Assembly: GCA_036231525.1 (NCBI GenBank)
Contig: JAZAGZ010000006.1
Span: forward strand, 18,187 to 42,186
Source of the DNA: Pseudomonadota bacterium
GTDB taxonomy: Bacteria > Pseudomonadota > Gammaproteobacteria > Steroidobacterales > Rariloculaceae
DNA: 24,000 bases
Reading direction: 5' to 3'
Of this stretch, positions 8,381-16,050 are shown piece after piece; position 1 is the first letter of the stretch; each line of letters starts with the position of its first letter. Under the pieces are notes generated by a model. It made no database searches. It was not told the origin of the DNA and saw only the letters and a program-made list of their open reading frames with translations. The translations under genes were made by a program, and so were the position numbers.

Positions 8381-8464
8381 TTTGCCACATGAAGAATACG
8401 GCAATGTCTACTATCAGCATTTGTGTGTCTTGATAAAACCGAACGATAAAAGGATCTGTATTGC

Positions 8465-9844
8465 ATGGCTTTAGCAGTTGCGCTCATCTTGTTGGTGCTA
8501 GGGAGCATACTCTTTCATTTCCTGAGCCCTTGGTACTTTACGCCACTGGCTTCGAACTGGGGGCTAATTGACCTTACGGTAGACATTACATTTGTCGTCA
8601 CGGGCATCGTATTTGTCGCAACCAATCTCTTCATTGCTTATTGCATTCTTAGGTACAGACATAGAAAAATTGACCCAGACCTAGCCATCAAAAATGGGCA
8701 CAAGGCCGACTACAACCCAGAAAATACCAAACTGGAATGGTGGCTCACAATTATTACCTCTATAGGTGTCATCGCTATGTTGGCACCGGGTCTTGTAGTC
8801 TGGGCGGAGCTTGTCACGGTTCCGGATGAGGCATCCGAATTCGAGGCGGTGGGGCAACAATGGCACTGGAGCTTCCGCTTCCCGGGCGAGGATGGCGAAC
8901 TTGGTAATGTGGGCATTCGACATATCACTAAAGACAACGCGTTCGGTATGGACCCAGAGGATCCAGCTGGTCAAGACGACATACTGATTGCAAGTCCCAT
9001 AGTGCACCTGCCGGTCAATCAGCCAGTCCGCGTGTGGCTCAGATCCAAAGACGTTCTCCATGATTTTGCGGTACCTCAATTCCGAACCAAGATGGATCTC
9101 GTTCCCGGCCATGTGACCTATACCTGGTTTACACCCACCGTGGTGGGGGAGTACGAGATTCTCTGTGAAGAACTCTGCGGTTTAGCCCACTTTGCCATGA
9201 GAGGCCGGGTCATCATTGATGAACAGGCTGACTTTGAAGCCTGGCTTGATGAGCAGCCAACCTACGCTGCACTGTCCCAAACAGAACCAGATCTAGGGCT
9301 TGGCCAGGCCAGTTTTGCATTGTGTGCCGCCTGTCACGGTCAACAGGGACAAGGTATGCAGATTTTGAATGCGCCTCGGATAGCTGGGCTGGATGCCCGC
9401 TACGTTGAGCGCCAACTTCGCTACTATAGGGATGGTATTCGGGGAACTCATGAGTTGGACACTGCGGGTGCATTAATGCGCCCCATACTAGTTGCGCTGA
9501 CAGACGATGATGCAATCAAAAATGTGGCCGCCTATATTGAGACTATGCCGCCTGAACCTCAACCCACCACAATATTGGGAAACATTGAACGAGGCAGGGA
9601 CCTGTACACCAATTGCGCCGTCTGTCATGGGGCTGAGGGGCAGGGCATTTGGGCGCTGAATGCTCCAGCACTAGCGGGGCAAAGTGACTGGTACCTGGTT
9701 ACTCAATTAAAAAATTTCAGGGACGAGATCCGTGGTGCACATCGCATGGATCTCTATGGGGATCAGATGATGATGATGGCTGATATCCTTCCAGACGATC
9801 AAGATATTGATGATGTTGTCGCATACCTGAACACTTTGAGATAA
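8465..9844 (+). CDS. coxB: Cytochrome c oxidase subunit II (CuA) fused to a C-terminal dihaem cytochrome c4-like domain
   Basis: N-terminal transmembrane helices. CuA centre 'HDFAVPQF...' plus 'CEELCGLAHFAM' (nt 9164-9199). Two CXXCH motifs, CAACH (9323-9337) and CAVCH (9614-9628). Each is followed by the c4-type 'LNAPxxAG...Y...QL..(F/Y)R..IRG' pattern. Confidence 0.93.
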   Translation: MALAVALILLVLGSILFHFLSPWYFTPLASNWGLIDLTVDITFVVTGIVFVATNLFIAYCILRYRHRKIDPDLAIKNGHKADYNPENTKLEWWLTIITSIGVIAMLAPGLVVWAELVTVPDEASEFEAVGQQWHWSFRFPGEDGELGNVGIRHITKDNAFGMDPEDPAGQDDILIASPIVHLPVNQPVRVWLRSKDVLHDFAVPQFRTKMDLVPGHVTYTWFTPTVVGEYEILCEELCGLAHFAMRGRVIIDEQADFEAWLDEQPTYAALSQTEPDLGLGQASFALCAACHGQQGQGMQILNAPRIAGLDARYVERQLRYYRDGIRGTHELDTAGALMRPILVALTDDDAIKNVAAYIETMPPEPQPTTILGNIERGRDLYTNCAVCHGAEGQGIWALNAPALAGQSDWYLVTQLKNFRDEIRGAHRMDLYGDQMMMMADILPDDQDIDDVVAYLNTLR

Positions 9845-9923
9845 ATAAAACCGAGAACTTTAAACACTAACCAGAAATTAATAAGCAAGTTGGTACTCAA
9901 TCCAAACACCTAAGGGAGTTTTG

Positions 9924-11687
9924 ATGGCATACGTTGCAATCGCAGATCGCGATACGCATCCTCATGATCCGGATACTTTTATAACAAAGTACATCTGGAG
10001 CCAGGACCATAAGGTGATCGCAATACAGTATGCGATCACAGCTATTTTCGTTGGCGTGGTTGCATTAGGGCTATCACTTCTGTTTCGACTGCAACTCGGT
10101 TTCCCAGATTCCTTCTCGTTGGTTGCTCCGAACGAGTACTACCAGTACGTGACCATGCACGGGATGATCATGGTTATCTATCTCCTCACAGCTCTGTTCC
10201 TAGGAGGATTTGGCAACTACCTAATCCCGCTGATGTGTGGTGCCCGTGACATGGTCTTCCCATACATGAACATGCTGAGCTTTTGGGTATATTTGTTGAG
10301 CGTCATCGTGCTATTGGCGAGCTTCTTTGTCCCCGGTGGCCCCACTGGAGCAGGTTGGACATTGTATCCACCTCAAGCAATCAGTGAAGGGACGCCGGGC
10401 ATTGACGGCGGGATTGTATTGATGCTGGTCTCGCTCATCATATTTATTGCTGCTTTCACCATGGGAGGCCTGAACTATGTAACGACCGTTCTACAGGCAC
10501 GTGCTCGCGGCATGACACTGATGCGAATGCCACTGTCCGTGTGGGGTATTTTCGTTGCCACCATTCTGGGCCTTCTAGCCTTTCCAGCACTGCTGGTTGC
10601 TGGCGTAATGTTACTGCTTGACCGAGTAATTGGAACCAGCTTCTTCATGCCTGAGATGCTGTCTATGGGCGCTGCGATTGATTATGGAGGCGGTAGCCCG
10701 ATCCTGTTTCAGCACCTTTTTTGGTTCTTTGGTCACCCGGAAGTGTATATCGTCGCGCTACCAGCATTCGGTATCGTATCTGACGTTCTGAGCGTCCATG
10801 CCAGAAAAAATATCTTTGGTTACCGAATGATGGTCTGGGCTATCGTTGCCATTGGTGCTCTCAGCTTTGTAGTCTGGGCGCATCATATGTATGTCAGTGG
10901 CATGAACCCCTATTTTGGATTTTTCTTTGCAACCACAACACTCATTATCGCCGTCCCAACGGCATTAAAAGTTTATAACTGGATATTGACGCTATGGCGG
11001 GGTGATATTCATCTCAGAGTACCGATGTTATTTGCTATTGGATTTCTTTTTACCTTCATACATGGTGGTTTAACGGGACTGTTTTTAGGTAATGTCACCG
11101 TGGATCTGCCTCTTTCTGATACTTATTTCGTTGTTGGTCACTTCCATATGGTGATGGGCGTGTCACCAGTTCTGGTTGTATTTGCCGCAATTTATCACTG
11201 GTTCCCCAAAATAACAGGGCGCATGTTTCATGAAGGGCTAGGGAAACTCCACTTCTGGTTGACGCTGCTGGGAACATACTCTATCTACCTTCCGATGCAT
11301 TACCTGGGAATTTTGGGTATTCCACGTCGATATTACGCTTACGGAGACACAGACTTTATTCCAGAATCAGCACATGCCATGAACGCAGGCATCACTGTTG
11401 CTGCATTGCTAGTCGCTGCAGCCCAAAGCCTCTTCTTTATTAACGTGATCTGGAGTCTCCTTAAAGGCAAAAAAGCCGGTCATAACCCCTGGGGTGCCAC
11501 AACTCTTGAGTGGCAAACACCAGATACGCCTCCGAAACATGGTAACTGGGGTCATAACCTGCCAGAAGTCCACCGCTGGCCTTATGACTACAGCGTGCCT
11601 GGAGAAAAAGAAGACTTTATTCCACAAACAGAGCCGGCTCGGGCGGATGCTATTCCAAACCGTGAACACACGCGTTCCACCAAATGA
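9924..11687 (+). CDS. coxA: Cytochrome c oxidase subunit I (A-type haem-copper oxidase, CoxN/CtaD-like)
   Basis: 'GGFGNYLIPLM', 'WFFGHPEVYI' (CuB His, Glu, cross-linked Tyr), 'WAHHMY', 'VPTALKVY' (K-channel Thr/Lys), 'GHFHMV' and 'GIPRRY'. I prefer ATG 9924 (GGGAG 5 nt upstream) over the track's TTG 9921. Confidence 0.95.
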   Translation: MAYVAIADRDTHPHDPDTFITKYIWSQDHKVIAIQYAITAIFVGVVALGLSLLFRLQLGFPDSFSLVAPNEYYQYVTMHGMIMVIYLLTALFLGGFGNYLIPLMCGARDMVFPYMNMLSFWVYLLSVIVLLASFFVPGGPTGAGWTLYPPQAISEGTPGIDGGIVLMLVSLIIFIAAFTMGGLNYVTTVLQARARGMTLMRMPLSVWGIFVATILGLLAFPALLVAGVMLLLDRVIGTSFFMPEMLSMGAAIDYGGGSPILFQHLFWFFGHPEVYIVALPAFGIVSDVLSVHARKNIFGYRMMVWAIVAIGALSFVVWAHHMYVSGMNPYFGFFFATTTLIIAVPTALKVYNWILTLWRGDIHLRVPMLFAIGFLFTFIHGGLTGLFLGNVTVDLPLSDTYFVVGHFHMVMGVSPVLVVFAAIYHWFPKITGRMFHEGLGKLHFWLTLLGTYSIYLPMHYLGILGIPRRYYAYGDTDFIPESAHAMNAGITVAALLVAAAQSLFFINVIWSLLKGKKAGHNPWGATTLEWQTPDTPPKHGNWGHNLPEVHRWPYDYSVPGEKEDFIPQTEPARADAIPNREHTRSTK

Positions 11688-12358
11688 ATATCTCGCTCCT
11701 ATTTGCTGCCCTCACCGTTGCCATTTTGGTTTGGTGTTTTCTACTGCAGCACCTAAAAGCAAAACCCTGGCTCGAACAAGGGATTATCGAAGAAGGTGGC
11801 ACAACTAAGGTTCCAGCCCCTCGGGTTGGCTTATGGGTGTTTCTCGCCGTAGTTACGAGTTTGTTTGGACTCTTCACAACCGTCTATAACATGCGTTCTG
11901 GGTTTCCGGACTGGCGTCCGCTGCAAGATCCCGGCTTACTTTGGTTCAACACCGGTCTTTTAGTGCTAGGTAGCATCGCGTTACAACGCGCACGTGGGGC
12001 ATCTCGAAGAGAGAATTTGGACAGCCTAAGACTAAACCTTACGGCGGGTGGTGCTCTCACCATCGCTTTTCTAATCGGCCAATTGGTCGCGTGGCGACAA
12101 TTAACTGACGCCGGTTACTTTGTGACCACGAATCCCGCAGATGCGTTCTTCTATATTCTGACAGGATTACATGGGCTACATATGCTCGGCGGACTCTGGT
12201 TCTTGGCTCAAGCCTGTCTGTCTGCCTGGGGGCAGCCGAAAACGAACACCGTGATGGAAATTGCTAATGTACGTCTGCGCGTTGAGCTATGTTCGGTCTA
12301 TTGGCACTACTTGCTTTTGATTTGGCTGCTCCTGTTTGGGCTCTTCCTGTCTACATAA
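11684..12358 (+). CDS. Cytochrome c oxidase subunit III-family protein, divergent paralogue (CoxO-like)
   Basis: Five or more hydrophobic helices. Subunit-III-like 'LTGLHGLHMLGG' and 'SVYWHYLLLIW' (canonical is YWHFVD). ATGA overlap with the subunit I stop. Confidence 0.72.
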   Translation: MNISLLFAALTVAILVWCFLLQHLKAKPWLEQGIIEEGGTTKVPAPRVGLWVFLAVVTSLFGLFTTVYNMRSGFPDWRPLQDPGLLWFNTGLLVLGSIALQRARGASRRENLDSLRLNLTAGGALTIAFLIGQLVAWRQLTDAGYFVTTNPADAFFYILTGLHGLHMLGGLWFLAQACLSAWGQPKTNTVMEIANVRLRVELCSVYWHYLLLIWLLLFGLFLST

Positions 12359-12372
12359 AGGGTTAAGGTTGT

Positions 12373-13065
12373 ATGGGATCTAACTCGTCTGAATCAGGAG
12401 CAACTGTCGCACTGTCCGAAGGACTCCAAGGTTTTACACGCGACTGGAGTGCCGACAAACAAACATTTCAGGTTCCATGGGGAAAAGCCATGATGTGGAT
12501 TTTCCTCCTGAGCGACACTTTCATTTTCGCTTGCTTTCTGACCTCCTACATGAACGTGCGGATGTCAACGCGGGTACCTTGGCCCAATCCGAGCGAAGTT
12601 TTCGCTCTGAGTTTTGGAGGGGAACCCATCCCACTAATCCTAATCGCCATCATGACTTTTATTTTGATTACCAGCAGCGGCACGATGGCGTTGGCGGTTA
12701 ACTACGGTTATCGGCAAGATCGGGCCAAGACCGCGGCTCTAATGTTTATTACCGCAGCATTCGGGGCAACTTTTGTGGGTATGCAGGCCTTTGAGTGGAT
12801 GAAGTTAATTGCGGAAGAGGGTGTACGCCCCTGGGGAAATCCTATGGGAGCGGCTCAATTCGGCTCGAGTTTCTTTATGATCACTGGCTTTCATGGTGCA
12901 CATGTATCTATTGGGGTCATCTATCTAAGCGTAGTGGCATTAAAAGTACTCAAAGGAGATTATGAGGCCTCAGGCAATTACGAGATCGTGGAGATTACCG
13001 GGCTTTACTGGCATTTTGTTGATCTTGTCTGGGTATTCATTTTTGCATTCTTTTATCTTTGGTAA
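12373..13065 (+). CDS. Cytochrome c oxidase subunit III (CoxP/CtaE-like)
   Basis: 'FFMITGFHGAHVSIGV' and 'GLYWHFVDLVWVFIFAFFYLW' are canonical subunit III motifs. An AAGG Shine-Dalgarno precedes the ATG. Confidence 0.88.
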   Translation: MGSNSSESGATVALSEGLQGFTRDWSADKQTFQVPWGKAMMWIFLLSDTFIFACFLTSYMNVRMSTRVPWPNPSEVFALSFGGEPIPLILIAIMTFILITSSGTMALAVNYGYRQDRAKTAALMFITAAFGATFVGMQAFEWMKLIAEEGVRPWGNPMGAAQFGSSFFMITGFHGAHVSIGVIYLSVVALKVLKGDYEASGNYEIVEITGLYWHFVDLVWVFIFAFFYLW

Positions 13066-13073
13066 GAAGTCAT

Positions 13074-13433
13074 ATGACGGCGGAAGGACACCAAGAACAC
13101 CCCCTCAGTATCTATCTCTGGATATGGCTACTGCTGTTCGTGCTCAGCACGCTTTCATATCTTGTGGATTACATAGGATTTGAAGGCTACCTGAGATGGT
13201 CATTAATCCTTATCTTCATGTTTGCGAAAGCAGGCTTTATCATCGCAATCTTCATGCATATGGCATGGGAACGTATTGCCCTGATCTATGCAATTTTAGG
13301 ACCGCCAGTTCTGCTTCTCTTCCTGATTGGACTTATGGCCGTGGAAGGTGACCATACTTTACTGACTCGGATCAACTTCTTTGGTGAAACGAACTTCGTG
13401 GCACAAGAGCATGTCACTGAAGAGGGACATTAG
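13074..13433 (+). CDS. Small three-helix membrane protein, prokaryotic cytochrome oxidase subunit IV family (CyoD/CtaF-like)
   Basis: Sits directly after subunit III. Three hydrophobic helices of a size and layout consistent with the COX4_pro family ('HPLSIYLWIWLLLFVLSTLSYLV', 'FMFAKAGFIIAIFMHM'). I prefer ATG 13074 over the track's TTG 13059. Family assignment is from memory only. Confidence 0.6.
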   Translation: MTAEGHQEHPLSIYLWIWLLLFVLSTLSYLVDYIGFEGYLRWSLILIFMFAKAGFIIAIFMHMAWERIALIYAILGPPVLLLFLIGLMAVEGDHTLLTRINFFGETNFVAQEHVTEEGH

Positions 13434-13440
13434 GTTAGAC

Positions 13441-13701
13441 ATGCCTTGGGCAATAATTATTTTTGTTATCTTTCTAATCCTATGGGGATTGGCCTGGCGA
13501 AAACAGCCAAAGCTAGCCATCGGCATTTTCATCGGTCTGTTCGTTGGCGCAGCCATAGCACCCTCTCTGGGACCGTATGAAAACATTACCGATATACCTA
13601 TCTGGTTGCCCCCCCTGCCATTCATGATCATTACAATCGTGCTGATGATTTACAGCTTTTTGGCATGGTGGGTGCTAGACGTCAAGAAAAAGCCTGACTA
13701 G
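13441..13701 (+). CDS. Hypothetical small membrane protein (about 86 aa, 3 predicted helices), last gene of the oxidase operon
   Basis: ORF in the operon position. Hydrophobic segments 'WAIIIFVIFLILWGLAW', 'LAIGIFIGLFVGAAIA' and 'FMIITIVLMIYSFLAWWVL'. No family recognised. Alternative starts are ATG 13411 and TTG 13381. Confidence 0.5.
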   Translation: MPWAIIIFVIFLILWGLAWRKQPKLAIGIFIGLFVGAAIAPSLGPYENITDIPIWLPPLPFMIITIVLMIYSFLAWWVLDVKKKPD

Positions 13702-13726
13702 TAACTTTACTCCGGATAACGCCTTG

Positions 13727-15097
13727 TCACCCATAGACCACCGAAGGCAACCATGTGGCAAGCTCCGGGAAAAGGGCCAGAACCGCTAAAGCGAATAGTT
13801 GTATGGCGACGAAAGGCATTACGCCGCGATAAATGTCCCTTGTCTCAACACTGTCCGGGGCTACCCCACGCAAATAGAACAACGCAAACCCGAAGGGGGG
13901 CGTCAAAAAGGATGTTTGCAAATTGATAGCAATCATCACACCCAACCAAATGGGATCAATCCCCATTGCTAATAGGATGGGCCCAACGATGGGGACCACA
14001 ACAAAAGTTATCTCAATAAAATCGAGCACAAAGCCTAGCAAGAACATCAAGAGCATCACGGTAAGCATGGCGCCGACGACACCGCCCGGTAAACTCAAGA
14101 GCAACTCATGGACCAAACTGTCACCACCATAGCCTCTAAAAACTAAGGAGAATACCGACGCACCGATCAGGATTAGAAAAACCATGCTACTGATGCGAAC
14201 TGTGCTCTCCATGACTTCGACTAAGCGCCCCATGGAAAACTGACCTTTCCCCAGGGCCAACAGAAGGGCCCCCATAGCACCAACGGCGGCAGCTTCCGTG
14301 GGCGTTGCCAGTCCGGCGATGATTGATCCGAGTACTGCGAGAATCAATATCAAAGGAGGGAAAAGAGCGAAGACCAATTCTCTCAAACCAGCCTTCTCGG
14401 ATTCCGAGCTCTCATGAGGGGGCATAGTCTCAGGCCTTACAATGGCGACCCCAATTAAATAAGTAATATAAAGTCCGACGAGCGAGAGCCCGGGAACCAG
14501 AGCGCCAAGAAACAAATCACCGACAGATACCGTGTCTGGAGAAAAAATACCCTGATCGAGCTGCGACTGGCTATAGGCAGACGACAATACATCCCCTAGC
14601 AGTACTAGAATAATCGATGGTGGAATTATCTGGCCGAGGGTGCCCGACGCGCAGATAGTGCCAGTTGCTACTGCTGGATCATAGCCACGACGTAGCATGG
14701 TTGGTAGTGAGAGGAGCCCCATGGTGACCACCGTCGCTCCTACAATTCCAGTGCTCGCCGCGAGCAGCATCCCCACGATAGTGACCGAGATGCCAAGTCC
14801 ACCACGCAACTGGCCAAATAAACGGCTGAGACTGTCTAGGAGGCTTTCGGCAATCTGGGCACGCTCCAGCGTGATACCCATGAAAACGAACAGCGGCACA
14901 GCCATCAATGTCTCGTTACTCATGATTCCAAACACCCGGTTGGGCATGGTGCCAAGAAAAGCAACATCGAAAATCCCAAGTAGTGCCCCAACCCAAGCGA
15001 ATATCAGTGCAATTCCGCCAAGAGAAAATGCGACAGGAAATCCTGCGAGCAGCACAATCACTACCACAACAAACATTAAAAGGGCTATCCACTCCAT
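13727..15097 (-). CDS. dctM: TRAP transporter large permease (DctM family)
   Basis: 456-aa polytopic protein. 'FGIMSNETLMAVPLFVFMGITLERAQIAE' is typical of DctM. The start shares 1 nt with the dctQ stop (TAATG). Confidence 0.92.
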   Translation of the reverse strand: MEWIALLMFVVVVIVLLAGFPVAFSLGGIALIFAWVGALLGIFDVAFLGTMPNRVFGIMSNETLMAVPLFVFMGITLERAQIAESLLDSLSRLFGQLRGGLGISVTIVGMLLAASTGIVGATVVTMGLLSLPTMLRRGYDPAVATGTICASGTLGQIIPPSIILVLLGDVLSSAYSQSQLDQGIFSPDTVSVGDLFLGALVPGLSLVGLYITYLIGVAIVRPETMPPHESSESEKAGLRELVFALFPPLILILAVLGSIIAGLATPTEAAAVGAMGALLLALGKGQFSMGRLVEVMESTVRISSMVFLILIGASVFSLVFRGYGGDSLVHELLLSLPGGVVGAMLTVMLLMFLLGFVLDFIEITFVVVPIVGPILLAMGIDPIWLGVMIAINLQTSFLTPPFGFALFYLRGVAPDSVETRDIYRGVMPFVAIQLFALAVLALFPELATWLPSVVYG

Positions 15098-15687
15098 TAG
15101 ATCGCGTCACTCTGAGGAACATCGTTTTCTGACATCGATGGCATTTGATTGGTCAAAATCATGATGGCAGCAATGGAGTTCGCGATACCTTGCAAAATCA
15201 GCATAATTGCAGTGGTGGGGATAAGGCTTTTTAGTATCGGGACAAACGGATACGGTAATCCTCCAGCTTCACGGGAAGCCTCCCTGATAGCCCAAGACGT
15301 TGACGCATAATCCCAGCTTGAGACGGTTAAAAATATGGTCATTGGTAAGAGTAAAATCGCCGTCCCTGCCAGATCCACTAAAGCCTTGTGATAGTCCGAC
15401 ATACCACGATAAAAGATATCGACTCGAACATGCTCATCCCGTTTCAGGGTGTAGGCTGCTCCGAGCATAAAAACCGCCGCATGCATCCAGGTAATACTTT
15501 CTTGCATGGCAATCCAGCCAAGATCGAAAACATAGCGAAGTACAACGATGGCAAAGGTTCCACCCACCATCAAAACAGTAAGCCAGGCCACGGCTGCCCC
15601 GGTAAGCTCGCTAAGCCGCTCAAGAGTTTCTTGCACCCCCAGCATCACATTCCTTCTCCTAACGCTAGAAACACGCAGCATGCTCAA
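15097..15687 (-). CDS. dctQ: TRAP transporter small permease (DctQ family)
   Basis: Four hydrophobic helices, with 'LKRDEHVRVDIFY' typical of DctQ. Immediately upstream of dctM. Start is uncertain: TTG 15687, ATG 15681 or ATG 15645. Confidence 0.85.
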   Translation of the reverse strand: MSMLRVSSVRRRNVMLGVQETLERLSELTGAAVAWLTVLMVGGTFAIVVLRYVFDLGWIAMQESITWMHAAVFMLGAAYTLKRDEHVRVDIFYRGMSDYHKALVDLAGTAILLLPMTIFLTVSSWDYASTSWAIREASREAGGLPYPFVPILKSLIPTTAIMLILQGIANSIAAIMILTNQMPSMSENDVPQSDAI

Positions 15688-16049
15688 CCATGCCCTTGCA
15701 AGCGCTTGAGAAAGACTTTCATTTCTCGTGCGGCTTGTACGTCGCCATGCTGGGTAGCCGCATGAATGCCTTTTTGATAGCTCTTAGCGGCGTCTTTTTG
15801 TAGACCCGCATCTGTCTCTGCTCTACCCAGAGATTTCCATGCAGCTGAATACTCCGAATCCATTACCACTGCTGCTCGCAGGTGTTCAATGGCACGAGTC
15901 CGAAGTAAAGCCCGCGCTGCTATTGATCGTGGTGAGGTATCTGTTTCAGAGTCGGCAAGCTTCATGTATTCGGTTCCAAGTGCAAACCGCAAGCTTGCGC
16001 TGTCACCACCATCCTTCAATATAGCTTCGAATCTCTCCACAGTACTCAC
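15684..16049 (-). CDS. Small cytoplasmic TPR-like protein of unknown function
   Basis: 121 aa with no signal peptide or transmembrane segment. Helical-repeat character ('EYSAAWKSLGRAETDAGLQKDAAKSYQKGIHAATQHGDVQAAREMKVFLKRL'). GTG start 1 nt after the trkH stop. Its stop overlaps or abuts the dctQ start. Confidence 0.6.
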   Translation of the reverse strand: MSTVERFEAILKDGGDSASLRFALGTEYMKLADSETDTSPRSIAARALLRTRAIEHLRAAVVMDSEYSAAWKSLGRAETDAGLQKDAAKSYQKGIHAATQHGDVQAAREMKVFLKRLQGHG

Positions 16050-16050
16050 A

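Noticed and set aside
9921-9923. TTG at 9921 as the subunit I start
   Set aside because: The GGGAG Shine-Dalgarno (9914-9918) is only 2 nt from the TTG but 5 nt from the adjacent ATG at 9924. ATG is therefore preferred, a difference of one residue.
7931-13701. Reading the azurin-oxidase operon as an iron-oxidation (rus-like) system
   Set aside because: The resemblance covers only the component types: cupredoxin, c4-type dihaem and oxidase. The window has no Cyc2-like outer-membrane cytochrome or any other Fe(II)-oxidation marker, and the cupredoxin is an azurin rather than rusticyanin.
14697-15765. 155-aa and 125-aa plus-strand ORFs (14697-15164, 15388-15765) antisense to dctM and dctQ
   Set aside because: They are antisense shadows of confidently assigned TRAP permeases. 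They are Pro/Ser/Thr/Arg-rich with no motifs.
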